Assembly (NCBI GenBank): GCA_951406725.2
Contig: OX597815.1
Span: 114,638,001 to 114,702,000, forward strand
Reading direction: 5' to 3'
Source of the DNA: Octopus vulgaris
Taxonomy: Eukaryota
DNA: 64,000 nt
Numbering within the stretch: the first letter of the stretch is position 1; each line of letters begins with the position of its first letter. The position numbers were made by a program, and so were the translations under genes. Below are positions 39,301 through 54,300 of the stretch, piece by piece. Under the pieces are notes generated by a model, which was given only the letters and a program-made list of their open reading frames with translations, was not told where the DNA came from and made no database searches.

Positions 39301-42300
39301 TGCTTGTATGACAGTGATGCTCATTTACAGCCATTACATGCTATCAGGCTGAAGGCACACTCACATGCATATGAAGAGCTCCTTTCAGTTTCCATCTCCC
39401 AAATCCACTTGCAAGGCTTTGTTTTTGCCTGGAGCCTTAGTGGAAGATACTTGCTCAAGGTACTACACAGTGGGACTGAACCTGAGATCACAAAGTTAGG
39501 AAGCAAGCTTCTTAACTACACAGCATGCTAATGCTCAATTTTTTTTCCAGCAAGCTTCAAGTACCAATTCAATAAATACCTTATAACTTTTAGAATGTCT
39601 ACAATTTATATGAATATAAAGATTAAAATAATGACTATCAGAAGGATAGATAACAGGAGAATATGGAAAAAGGCTCAAATTCAATATTCAAATCGTATTT
39701 CCTCAGTCAACAAATAGAGAAAAATACTTGGGGTTTAATCACCTGGGTATGAATACCTGATAAATTCAACATGCAAAACATATTTGCTTTGCTCTACAGC
39801 ATTTATTTGCTAGATAATTATTATTCAAGAGGGTTTATTCCATCACTAATATCACAACCCTAGACCATAATCTATGTAAAATTCCAAATTCGAAAAGTTT
39901 ACATACTTTCTGAAAGGTTTCTTCCAACTTGATGCAACATTCATGGCAAATGACAAGTGAAAGACTAAATTCTACCAATAATTTAGAATCCTCAAGAATC
40001 AAGATTTACCTAATAGCCATCAAGGACATAATTGAAAGTCATTTCATGCATTAACAATTCCACATGTAGAATGTAGTGAACCTAGAAGCAAGTTCTAAGA
40101 TAATCCTTGATAGCTGTAATTTGTTTTATAGAACCACTTTCATAAAAGGGGATCTAAGAAGGTATCAAATATTCTAGTTAAATATATAGTGACCAAGTAA
40201 TAGCCAGGTAAAAATATTCATCATCATCGTCGTTTAACATCCGCTTTCCATGCTAGCATGGGTTGGACGATTTTGACTGAGGGTTGGCGAACCAGATGGC
40301 TGCACCAGGCTCTAATCTTGATCTGGCAGAGTTTCTACAGCTGGATGCCCTTCCTAACGCCAACCACTCCGAGAGTGTAGTGGGTGCTTTTTACATGTTA
40401 CCGGCACAGGGGCCAGTCAGGCGGTACTGGCAATGACCTCGCTCGAATCTTTTTGCACAGGTGCCAGTAAGGCAACGTTGGTAACGGTCACACTTGAATG
40501 GTGCCCTTGGCACCCTACTAGCACGGGCAGTTGGCTGCTCTGGCAACGATCACACTCAGATGGTGCTCTTGGCACCCTACTAGCATGGGCACAAGTACCA
40601 GTAAGGCGACGCAGGTAACGATCACACTCGTATGGTGCTCTTTGCACCCCGCTAGCACGGTGCCAGTCATCGAATTTGATTTTGATTTCACTTGCCTCAA
40701 CAGGTCTTCACAAGCAGAGTTTAGTGACCAAAGAAGGAAAAGGTATGCATAAGCGGGCTGATTACACTCCTGGCATAGGCCATAGGTTATGGTCCTACTT
40801 GGCTTGCCGGGTCTTCTCAAGCACAGCATATTTCCAAAAGTCTCGGTCACTAGTCATTTCCTTGATGAGGCCTAATGTTCGATGGTCATGCTTCACCACT
40901 TCAACCCAGGTCTTCCTGGGTCTACCTTTTCCACAGGTTCCCTCAACCGCTAGGGTGTGGCACTTTTTCACACAGCTATCCTCATCCATTCTCGCCACAT
41001 GACCATACCAGCGCAGTCGTCTCTCTTGCACACCACATCTAATGCTTCTTAGGTCCAACTTTTTTCTCTCTAGGTACTTACACTCTGCCGAGTATGCACA
41101 CTGACATTACACATCCATCGGATCATACTGGCTTCATTCCTTGTGAGCTTACGCATGTCCTCAGCAGTCACAGCTCATGTTTCACTGCCATGTAGCATGG
41201 CTGTTCATACACAAGCGTCATACAGTCTACCTTTTACTCTGAGCGAGAGACCCTTTGTCACCAGCAGAGGTAAGAGCTCTCTGAACTTTGCCCAAGCTAT
41301 TCTTATTCTAGCAGCTACACTTTCAGTGCACCCTCATCCGCTACTGACTTGGTCACCTAGATAACAGAAGCTATCAACTACTAGTTTTTCTCCCTGGAAT
41401 GTGGCGGAAGTTGGTCTCTGCGCATTTTCAGTGTTTATTGCTCCCGAGCATCTGCCACATACAAAAACTTTCTTCCCAGTTAGCCTTCCTTTGATATGAC
41501 TGCACCTCTTATGTGTCCATAGCTTACACTGGGTACATCTTATAGAGTTTCTACCTACGCCTCTACTACAGATTGAGCAGGGCCATCTACCTGAAGGGAT
41601 TTGTGGTTTGCCTGCCTTCCTACTTATTAGGACTTTGGTTTTAGCTAGGTTGTTTCCAGTCATTAAATCAGAATTAGCTGTTCTCCCACTTTCTCTATAT
41701 GAAATGTTTAGAAACTTTGAACTTACAAGACTTGTCTGAGTAACTCCATAAACAATGGTCAGTTTTCTGTAGTTATAAGACCGTACTTCAATCAGTTTCT
41801 GTAAACCTGTCCTGCTATCTGGAATTGCCAGAGACATATCAAACAAAATCAATATTATAGAGATATTTCTCAAAAGGTATATAAGAATAGACATTACATA
41901 AATATAGAATTTTTCTAATCTTCAATATGTTAATTTGTAAGATGATAATTACTTGTACCAACAATATCATAATGTCTGCAAATTTGTTCAAATAGCTACT
42001 TTAAATAATTAATCTCATTGTGACAAAATGCAAGCAGCATTAGGGAGTAAACATTCAAATTACATTTCATTGTTGACCAAGATTAAATTCAGCATAAAAG
42101 GTATGGCTGCCTTAGTCATACAGATCATGCTACAAGTTAATTTTAGAATTGAAACTTAGTTGAATGAAAATAGGAAGATGTAATATTTGCATCTCATCCA
42201 AAGGTTAAAATTTTCTTTACTAAAGTGAAAAAATGCATTAAAAGTTTCATTCCCATAATCTTACATTTCAATTCAATAACAATAATATGATGAGGAAAAA

Positions 42301-45300
42301 GACAATTCATGGAGAATTATAACTTGTTACTTCATATATCAAATATATTTTTTATATTTTACATCAAATATGTACATATTATTATATATATATATATTAC
42401 ATATATATTACAAATATATTTTTGCTTTTATTTAATAAGTAAAAATTATTTAATTATGCAATTATTTAATTAAGCAACTTTTTCTATTTAAAACCTGTGT
42501 TATGTTGCAAATTTGTTCAAATGAATCAAATTAAACAGAACACCACCAACCCCACACTTATACAAGATATGAAATCAGAAGGTTAAAAATCCTACAAATG
42601 TTTGACAAACTGTAAAGAATAACATATCTTGAAAAGTATAACAGTACACTGAAAAAATGGAGTTTCACAGTGCTTGCATTTCTTTAATATTTTCCTATGC
42701 CTCTAACATCTATCTTTCATTAACTAATAGATAATGTTTATGTTCTGCTGCAATGTGAAGAATAAATATTTAAAATCAAAATAGTTTCACTGTTGTAATC
42801 TACCAGTTATGGACTTTTAACCTCCCTTCAGTACAAGAAGAAAAAGCATATTCTCTTGACAGTATTCTTAATACATTTGCAAGGTAAAAATTTCATAGTA
42901 CACATAAAATGGTAATATACAATACTAAATAGAGATCAAGTCAGTATTGTAAATCAATTTGCTTACCATTAAAAAAATGTGAAAAATTATAAACTGCCTG
43001 ATACAGGTTAGCTACCAAGGTCCACTCATCAAGAAGGTCTTGAACAGTTTTACTGGCTTGGTCAGTGCTGAGATCAAAGGAGAAATAAACTCGCTGTATG
43101 GGACCTAAAAGAGAAAACAGTGCAGCAGTGAATATTTTAGTTATCCACTATTACAATGTATTTGGGTTGTATAATACAAATAAAGACAGTAAAAAATAAT
43201 CACAATACTTTTTAATGCAGGTATGGTAAGCCTCTTTCAAGAGGTAGGCTGCAGAAAACATGGTTCACCATCAGATGAGCCACACTAGTAAAAACAGTCA
43301 TGGTAATTTTTCATGAGGCATGCCATTCAGAAAGTTGCACGGCCTGCAGTTTGCCCATGACTGCTTTAATGTCATGGGCAAACATGTCAATAACAATGGT
43401 GACATAACTAAACTGATAGTAATGTTTTAATAGATTACATTATGGAATTTGATTCAAAGACATCAATTCTACATCGTGGGTATTTTTTAAGAATAGTACG
43501 AGACTTTTTCACCCAAAATTCATCAACTACTTGTTCACACCACGTCTAGGTCAGGGTGGTTATCTACCTCGCTTATACACATCAATCATCATCATCATCA
43601 TCATCATCGTTTAACGTCCGTTCTCCATGCTAGCATGGGTTGGACGGTTCGACCGGGGATCTGGGAAGCCAGAAGGCTGCACCAGGCTCCGGTCTTATCT
43701 GGCAATGTTTCTACAGCTGGATGCCCTTCCTAACGCCAACCACTCCGCAAGTGTAGTGGGTGCTTTTTACGTGCCACCTGCACTAGAGCCAGGCGAGGCT
43801 GGCATATATGATGGGCTCCTCTCAGCTTCCGTCTACCCAATTCCACTCACAAGGCTTTGGTCGGCCCGAGGCTATGCCTTTAATATCTAACCACTCACCC
43901 AGCTTACTATTTTTAGAGAATCATCACTAGGACTTCGCTCATAGCATCCACAAACTCTCTTAGACACAAACACTATGGTAAAGTCTACACAGTTAATGTC
44001 TAGAGGGAATCATGAATATTTTGTTTAATCAAGAGTTATCCTAGTTAACAAATATTTAAGAATAAATTTAATGTCTTTTTATTTCAATTTAAAAGACAAA
44101 TGATACAAAATGCTTCAAGATTTGGAAAGAATTTACCTTGTTCTTTTGGACTAGTAGTTTTGATTGGACAGTTGGTGAAAACAAACTAAAAAGACAAAAA
44201 GTTAACAACAATAGTATTTTAGGCAGGAAGTAAAACATTCAGAAAACACAACAGATATTGACAATCATGGGGAGCGATAAGATGATGGAGGTTTCAAAGG
44301 ATATACATGATGTTAGGTGAAGAGAGGGACAGCAAGATGTATGATGAACACTTAGTAGAGAGCAAATATCTCAACCTCTAAAATATTAACCTCGTGCCAG
44401 GGTCTTCTGCAGCACCACAATCAGTTCAGTCCTTTGTCATCTCTTCTGTGAGATGCAGCATCTTTAGGTCAGGCTTCACCACTTCATCTCAAGTCTTCCT
44501 TATCTCCCACATCCACAAGTTACATTAACTTAGAACTTCTTTATGCAGCCGTCATTCTCTATACACATTACATCCCCTTACCAGCACAGCATTCTCTCTT
44601 GTACACTACACTTAATTCTTCCTGTAACCAGGTTATCTCTCCACTCATTTGTATGCTGGTGCTCATGCACATCTATTGGACTGTGTTTCTTTCATTTCTT
44701 TTTAGCCTTTGCAGCCTTCTGAATTTCTCTCAATCTATGGCTGATATGCATACATGCATGCACACAAAAGTGCTAAAAGTAAATTTCAATATTTAGCTAA
44801 TACTAGTTCTTGTGTTTCTTTCTAGCGTATTAAATGAAGTCTTACCTCAACAATCCAGTTCCTTGTTGGACGAACTTGAATCCTGAATTTGCTAGATAAT
44901 AAATTCTTTCTTAATTCATCCATGGTTTCCGGTGTACAACCTTTACAATTTGGTAAACTGAAAGAAATTTAAACACAATGATAAAGTTATTGTTATTAAA
45001 GTGGAAAAGCATGTTCTGTTTCAATCTATCACTAACTGTTTTGATTAACATAAGGCCAGCCAACACTAAAGAGCTGAATATTGAATATATCAGAAGCAAT
45101 TACCTGATTTTACTTTTAAGCTTAATCTAGATTTCTTTGGATAAATAAAAAATTAACCCCTAAAATATTTCATAGCTCCTGTTAATATACACAGAAAGAA
45201 AATTACTGTGAACCAACAAAAGAGTTGTTAAACATGCTAGAAATAGCAGCTAAATTTCTCTCAAATCATACTTTACTGGCTTTCAAAAGAAAGGAAACAT

Positions 45301-48300
45301 TAGATAATGTATTTCTGGATACAGCAAAATGAAATAATGGACAGTATGATTATAACTAGAATGCTTTTGATAAGTTTGTTCATTCAGCCCTGAACTACCT
45401 CTAGTAAAGATGTGGTTCAGAGTAGAGTTTCTGCAATGGGACACAGGATGAGTCATGATAACTTTGCACACAGTTCACTAGTTTAGCTCTATTTTCAGAT
45501 GGTGATAACAGTTGATCTATTTAGTTCATTCAATCAGGGTTGTTAATTAAGCATAGATGCAACTGAAGTAAATAGATCTTGAGTGCACAGTTAATTGAGA
45601 TTTGTCAAATGAACAGAGTTTCTTTTCTTTGTGTTGAACTGATAAACTATATAATAAAAAAAAAACAGAGAATGAGCTTAAAAGGAAAAAAACAAGTTTA
45701 TCTCAATAATTAACATTATACAATGTAGCAGTGATAACCATAAATGGATGAGTCAATAAAGGATTGGTCAACTGCCACAGTTTCACAGATACTCCACCAA
45801 GCTGTAAATAGGTAACTAAACACTACACAATGCTGCACTATTACTTCACATAGTAGCAACATACAACACTGTACACCAGGTTACTTAGAGTTATGCAATA
45901 TCATAAGATATGAACTTCTGATAGGCTAGCATGCTATTGATTCAACTAGTTGCAACCCTTGAGTAATATAAGGTATAGAAATTTCACATAAAAAAGAGAT
46001 ATGACTAACTTTTTATTTACTTTTCTATCAAATATAGAATGTGTGTGTGTGAAGAGAGAGAGAGAGAGAGAAAGGCATCTTTTGTTAAACAAAAAGTGTA
46101 AAAGACTTACTCCATTATTGTGAGGGTCATACAGCTACCTTCACCATCTACTTGGATACCTTGATGTGGAATATTTCTTCTTGTTAGCTGCAAATAATAT
46201 CAAAATCAATTAAGGTTTTTTACCCCTGAGAAACCCAAAGAAAAAAAAATGACAATACTGGAATAAATCATAAATATAAAACATTTATTAATGTTTCATT
46301 TTGGTTCAATAATATTTTCTTGAATATTAGCTATAGATTCAGTCACTGAAGCCATCCTGACAAAAACTGAAATAGCTAAGTATATCAAATATGTAAATAT
46401 TTAAACTTTAAGGAAATGAAAAAAAAAGAGAAAACCTTAATTCCTTTATGATATATTTTATATCAAACTATTTTTATAAAAACCAGTAATTTTGTTGAAC
46501 AAAGTATCATGCTATTCTAGGATAAAACTACTTAATCCAATCTGTTTTGTCTTTCTCCAGAGAGAGATAAAATCAAACATAGAGCTTGGAAGCATGGAAA
46601 GAAAGATGTACACTGATGGAGCGTAAATGAAGCAATGAAGAAAAGACAATAAAACTAATGACAAAACAATTTAGTGCAGCCAAATGTCATTTTTGCATGT
46701 GTATGTATTTTGTGTTTAACAACCATTTTCCCTTAAATTAGAAGCTTTTGTTGAAATAGAAGCAAATGTGTCATTTTGTCTTTCCAATATGCTGAGGTAG
46801 TTATGATTTCAAATTTTGGCACAAAGCCAGCAATTTTCAGGAGAGGGGATAAGTTGATTACATCAACCCCAGTACTGATCCAGTACTTATTTTATTAACC
46901 CCGCAAAAGGATGAAAGGCAAAGTCAACCACAGCAAAATTTGAACTCAGAACACAAAAACAGACGAAATGACACTAATCATTTTGCCTGGCATGCTAACA
47001 ATTCTGCCAGTTTGCCACCTTATGTTGAGGTAATAATCAATCATGAAAAAGGAAGCAAGACAGAGCAGCTACCATGAGACTGGAACTCAAATCTGTGTGT
47101 TCAACAGACAAGCACTTTAACCATAAAGCCATTTTTATGTTTTAGAAAATTTAACACTTAATGCAGATGGCTATATTACCATCAATCAAAGAAATGAAAT
47201 AATAAAAAAAAAAACCAACCTCTTCAGTTAAAGAAACAAACGGTAGCTTTTCCTCACAATGAGCCAACAAGAATGCTAATGGGGCAACAAAATAAGGAGA
47301 TTCTTTCCTCATCTTAGCTGGTGGTCCCTCTAGATCACCCAACAGCAACTGCATATATAAAAAGAAATGAAATAGAATAAATGTAAGAAAATAATTAAAA
47401 ATGTAAGAAAATCTGACAGAGAACTATATAAAGAAATATGGTACTTCACTGGGGTATTCAAAGAACTGTCCATATTGGTCACACTTAACTAGAAAAATAT
47501 ACAGTGATTAAGTGATAAGGGTGTATTCGATAGTGTACATATGTATCAGCATGCAAATGTAGCTGAATAGTGAAACAGTTCACTTTGGAGTTATGGTGAC
47601 CTAAGTTCCATCTTACTACACAGAGCTTTAGAATTGTCTTCTAAAATAACCTGGGGTCAACCCAAGCCTTGTGAATGAAACTGTAAACTTCTCAGATGAT
47701 TGTAACTTATAATTCAAAGGGCCAGCCTAGTCATACATAGTGCTAAGCTAATTTTTTTTACTTTAAGGATCTGTGAAATACACAGGCATTCAAATTATAG
47801 ACTCGTTAAAATCAGTTACAATATGTAACTGATTGAACAACTCGAGTACTCATTGTCAAAACTGACAGGTATTTTAACTGATTTACTTGCATATACACGT
47901 GAAAAAAAACTCCCTATATTTGGCTTCCTTGTATATAGATGTTTTTTTAGAAATAAAGGCAAATATGTCATTTTGTCATAGGCAGAATCATGAATCATGA
48001 AAAGGGAAGCAAGAGGGAACAGCTATCATGAGATTGGAACTCAGATGTGTGTTCAATAGCTGATATAATAATTTGATATAAAATTAGATGATATAATAAT
48101 TGATATAAAGTTATCAAATAATTAAAAACTGCATCTCATCATCATCATCATTTAATATCCATCTTCCATGCTGGCATGGGATGGAAGGTTTGACAGGAGC
48201 TGGCAAGCCAGAGGACAGCAAAAAGCTTCATTATCTATTTTGGTATGGTTTCTATGATTGGGTGCACTTCTTAGCACCAACCACTTTACAGAGTGGACAG

Positions 48301-51300
48301 GATGCTTTTTATGTGGCATCAGCAACAGCGAAGTCTGCTTTGACATGGTTTTTACAGCTGGATGTCCAATCAAATGCCAAACACTTTACATCTCATCATC
48401 ATCATCGTTTAACATCCATTTTCCATGCTAGCATGGGTGGAACAGCTCGACTGGGGTCTAGGAACCCAGGAGGCTGCACCAGGCTCCAGTCTGATCTGGC
48501 AGTGTTTCTACAGCTGGATGCCCTTCCTAACACCAACCACTCTGGGTGCTTTTTACGTGCCACCGGAACAGGAGCCAGAGGGGGCTGGCAATGACCACGA
48601 TCGGTTGGTGCTTTTTACATGCCACCAGTATGGAAGCTAGTCAAGGCTGTACAGGCATCGACCACGTTTGGACAGTGCTTTTTAGGTGCCACAGGCATGG
48701 GGATCACAACTACAATTTCCATTTGATTTAGAAGTTATAATTCAGTTTCAATGTTTGGAACTAACTTACCTTTCGCTTCCTTGATAGACTGTCCAATTCC
48801 AATTCATCGCCTTCAGCTTAAGAGATAAAAACACAATTAAAATACCCTGAACATTCTCATGTTCACATCAATAACTTTTTCACATCGTTTCTTATTATAC
48901 ACATGCACATCTAACAGTTACTGAGTACATTCTTTAAAACAATTGGTTGGCTTTTCAAGTAAGTAGATTTAACAACTACAACTACTGTCCTCAGGCTATC
49001 ACAGTTTTACCATATAAAGTAGTGGCCCTCAACCATTTTTTTTTTTACTAATTCCTATTTTACTTGGAGGGGCCCTCAGAGTTGTTGAATGTTTAAAAAA
49101 TTCTATTATACATTTTTAATCAAATATTATTAGGAATTGTATAAAATAAGTATTAAAATATTTGGCATATTGTATAACCAATTATTGCACATAAATCACC
49201 ACTAAAAGATCTCAACATTAAAACAGATTAGGATGGACAGAAATTATATTTTGTATAAAATTTGGTAAGTCTGACCAATTAATTCTTTCCACAGTCATAA
49301 GCTTTTTCTTATACAATGCACAGTTCATTTGAATAAGAATTAAATATTCAATATTTTGTGTTTCAACAAGTCATCAATCTGTAACAGCTGTTTCACAAGT
49401 TCCAACAACAAAAAACAAAGACACAAGTTAAATTAAATGGATGCAAAATGAGAAAAGATACTCACAAAAAACAGTAGCATATGGACCATGAGTCAATGAA
49501 AATATGTTAATAGGTGTAAGATGTTTGGCTTTCAGGAATGGCTTCACAGCTCCATTATCTTCAACTAAAGTGTTGTCAGTATTTTCAGTACTGGCAGTAG
49601 CCATCTCTAGAAGGTAGTATTTGTAGACAAATGATTTTGGAGGAACATCCTCCACTTCGACAACCTTTAAAAGAAAATATTCATATGAACATATGGAATA
49701 CTGTTATTTTATAAAATATATTTTACAGCATTCAGAAAAAAAATTGAAATAGAGAATGTTTTAAAATATGCAATAGTCTAAATACTAAATAACATATTCT
49801 ACTGTATGATATACAAAATATTCTTTTATGTTAACATAATAAATCTTTTGTAACTAAATTCTGTATAAGACACCAAACTTTGATAAGAAGATTCAATTGT
49901 AAACATACCACAGCATATGAAGTCTGCTTGGGAACTCGAACATACAACTTGTGTTTCGAGAGTGACTCTAGGGCATGGCCAGCAAAGTTTATAAAGGGCA
50001 ACTGGCGATGGCTGCTGGCAGGGAGCTGTTGGACAGACTTTTCACACCGCAGTAAAGCTAATTCTGATCTGGTTAAAATAAAAGTGAAAATGTTTTCTGA
50101 AATAATATTATTTCAAATATCAAACTTCAGAAGAAAAAAAATTGTTCAACTGTAACAAACAAAAAACAAATTAAAACATCTTTCTATTGTACTAACTCAT
50201 AACAAAGGAAATAGTTAACTATCACAGGGCACTAGTCTCATAGAGAGCAATTATTGGAGAAAAAAAAACCCAAAAAAGTTGCACCAGAAATTAGAGTTAA
50301 AATATAATTTATCACAAGGTGCTGATGACTGCATAGTCAAGAAGTTTGCTTCTCAATCATGTGGCTCAATCCCACTGTGTGGCACTTCTATTATAAGCCC
50401 AAACCAACCAATTCCTTCTGAGGCAATCTGAAAGACGTATGTGTGTGTGTGTGTGTGTGTAAGCTTTACCCACCTATACTTCCTGACCTGTCTTCACTCT
50501 CTCTTTTACTCACCTTCTTGTACCTTGATAGGTTCTGGTACCTCAGCACCACCATGTTTATCTCTCACAAATCCCACAAAAATTACTCTCATCCATTCAG
50601 AAACCAGATCAAAGCAAACATAGTCCTTCAACCCAAACCAACATGGAAAATGGACATTAAATGATGGTGGTGAAAAATTAAAAACAGTATCCACTCTAAG
50701 TAATTTGAACTTAGTGTAAACATCTGGTACAAGCCATTACAATTAATCATCATCATCATCGTTTAGTGTCCGCTTTCCATGCTAGCATGGGTTGGACGGT
50801 TCAACTGGGGTCTGGGAAGCCAGAAGGCTGCACCAGGCCCAGTTTGATCTGGCAATGTTTCTACGGCTGGATGCCCTTCCTAACGCCAACCACTCCATGA
50901 GTGTAGTGGGTGCTTTTTAAGTGCCACCGGCACAGGTGCCAGACGAGTTTGGCAAACGGCCACGATCAGATGGTGCTTTTTATGTGCCACCGGCACGGGG
51001 GCCAGGCGAGGCTGGCAACAGCCACGAACGGATGGTGCTTTTTACGTGCCACCGGCACGAGGCCAGTCGGGGCAGCGCTGGCAACGGCCACGTTCAGATG
51101 GTTCTCTTACGTGCCACCGGCACTGGTAACTCAGCTGCAATTTCCATTGATCGATTTCGATTATGATTCTCACTTGCCTCAACAGGTCTTCACAAGTAGA
51201 GTTTTGTGTCCCAAGAAGGGAAGGTATGCATAAGTGGGCTGGCTACATCCCATGTAGAAGGCCACGGGTTATGGTCTCACTTGTCCTGCCGGGTCTTCTC

Positions 51301-54300
51301 ACGCACAGCATACTTCCAGAGGTCTCGGTCTCTAGTCATTTCCTCAGTGAGACCTAAAGTTCGAAGGTCGTGCTTCACCACCTCGTCCCAGGTTTTCCTG
51401 GGTCTGCCTCTTCCACAGGTTCCCTCAACCGCTAGGGTGTGGCACTTTTTCACACAACTATCTTCATCCATTCTCGCCACATGCCCATACCAGCGCAAAC
51501 GTCTCTGTTGCACACCACATCTGATGCTTCTCAGGTCTAGCTTTTCTCTCAAGGTACTTACACTGTCGAGTATGAATACTGACATTACACATCCATCGTA
51601 GCATACTGGCTTCATTTCTTGCGAGCTTACACATATCCTCAGCAGTCACGGCCCATGTTTCACTGCCATGTAGCATGGCTGTTCGTACACACGCGTCATA
51701 CAGTCTGCCTTTTACTCTGAGCGAGAGGCCTTTTGTCACCAGCAGAGGTAAGAGCTCTCTGAACTTTGCCCAAGCTATTCTTACGCTAGCAGTTAAACTT
51801 TCAGCACACCCGCTCCCGCTGCTGACTTGGTCACCTAGGTAACGGAAGCTATCAACTATTTCTAGTTTTTCTCCCTGGAAAGTGACAGAAGTTGGTCTCA
51901 GAGCATTTTCATTGTTTATTGTTCCTGAGCATCTGCCACATACAAAAACCATCTTCCTAGTTAGCCTTCCTTTGACATTGCTGCACCTCTTATGTGTCCA
52001 TAGCTTACACTTGGTGCATCTTATAGAGTTTCTACCTACACCTTTTCTACAGATCGAGCAGGGCCATCTACCTGAAGGCGTTTGTGATTTGTCTACCTTC
52101 CTACTTATTAGGACTTTGGTTTTAGCTAGATTGACTCTAAGGCCCTTCGATTCTAATCCTTGCTTCCACACCTGAAACTTCTCCTCCAGTTCTGATAGTG
52201 ACTCAGCAATTAGAGCAAGGTCATCAGCATAGAGGAGCTCCCAAGGGCATCATGAAACAGATTACTGACCATAATATTTAAAACATACCTCAGTTTGGCA
52301 ATTTGTTTATCAAGGTGTCTTCTTTCCCCATTAAGGTTTTCTTCAATTTCTTGAATGACAGGATGATCTGAAATAAAAGATGATGATGAAAAACATATAT
52401 ATAGAAAATGACAAGAGACCGAGAGATGTGGCAATTTGCTATACTTGATAAGACGCATCAACTTAAGTAAAATCGCTGTCTTCTACACATACAGGCTTGT
52501 CCTTTCAGGTGCCAGTGCCACCTAAAAAGCACCCATGCCAGTGCTGCACAAAAAAAGTGCCCAGCACACTCTGTTAAGTGGTTGGCATTAGGAAGGGCAT
52601 AGAAATCATGCCACAACAAACAGTTAGAGTCTGGACAGCTCCATGTGTCAAACTGTCCAACCCATGGAAAGCAGAAGTTAAACAATAATGATGATGATAA
52701 TGATGTATATATATACACAAATTCAAATAGTAAGTATGTATATAAAAGAAGTTCAAAAAGCAACTAGAATAGAGCCATCATATTCTTAATCTTAGTCATT
52801 AGAATCACCAACTTGTTTCTCAAATTTCTTTCATGTAGGCAAGAGGATTCAGAGTAGTTTCTCTTCGCCCAACACTAACTATTGTGAATCATTCTCTGGA
52901 TGCAGCCAAACTTTCTAATATCTGTTACAATTACAACTTACTATTATAATTACCATCCCCTTTTTTCATTTAGTACACATCATCTGTTTTCAACTGGAAC
53001 TATATAACAAAAAGCATATTGAATGATATCAAACCAACATCCATAGGTGAATAGGTGTCAGATTTTACCTTCAGTCTGTTATGAGAATTTATCAACCCCA
53101 AAAGAATGAAACACAAAAGGGATCTAAATTAAGAACCCAGAAGTTTCAACATGAATATTTTCAATAATGGTTAACAATGATTTAAGGTCTTACTTGAGCA
53201 AGGTACTGATGTTAAGAACGTTCCTCGCTGAATATCAATAGCAACACGCAAAACTTCAGCAGAAGTGAATGGATTTAAGACTGGTACATGGAGAACAGCT
53301 GGAACGTCTTTGATTTCACCTAAAAATGAGCAATAATAAATAAATGCTTTAAATACTATTATTTTCAAATGCATGTCATATAGCACGATCAGGTCACAAA
53401 TCATGATTACTATCACTTCTGGGCTTCCTAAAAAACTTTTACTGACAATTTTATAGTTTCCATACAATATTTTATCATTAATATTTCAATTTATTTAACC
53501 ATTTAGTATTCAGATTACTGTGTCTAATGTAATACTTTTCTTATTCACATTGTTTTGAATTACTTGTAAAATAGCTTAGAGATTTCAATAATGTAATTTT
53601 TTGTTTTAGAATGACATTGTATGATGAGTGTAAGGGACCAGATATGGCCAATTTAAATATAAAGAAGGTTGACTATTTTGGCTGGATATGGCCAGTTTAA
53701 ATACTAAAATGTTAAATAAACACTTGCATTATAAAGATGTTCAGAAATTTCCAAAACATAAAATGGTATTAGGGCTATGTAACTGAAATTGACATCTTTG
53801 TTACATAAATGTGCCTGCATGCATGTATTATGAATCTGTGAAGAGAAGGGCAATGACAATAACCTTTTTCAGAGCTACTGAGATTTGTGGAAGGAAAGGA
53901 GGAAGTTATTTTCCAAAAGATCTGTTCCAAATGCTTGCAACAGAGAGGGCTACAGCTAAAGCACCCCAAGGTCATATAATGGTGTTAAACCAAGTGTTAA
54001 GTTAATTCTTGAGGCTTTAGTAGAAAACACTTGCACATGGTGCCATACAAGAATCCCAAAAACACTTGGTCACAAAGTAAATTTCCTAGCCACAGACATG
54101 TTAGCTGAAGCAGACAATGGAAAGAGATTTTATAAGCTAGAATTCTAGACAAAAATATAATTTATAAAAAAAACTGGAAAGCAAAGTTTATTTTACAAAA
54201 CCATAATTTGGAAACAAAAATGGAAGGATTACTTACAGGGACCATCAACATACTTTTGAAGATCTTTAGCAAACTCCTGTAGAATAAAAAAAAATAATGT

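Noticed and set aside
50889-51124. Repeat-spacer-like pattern (GGTGCTTTTTACGTGCCACCGGCAC)
   Set aside because: The intervening parts are homologous to each other; this is a tandem repeat in the RTE 3'UTR.
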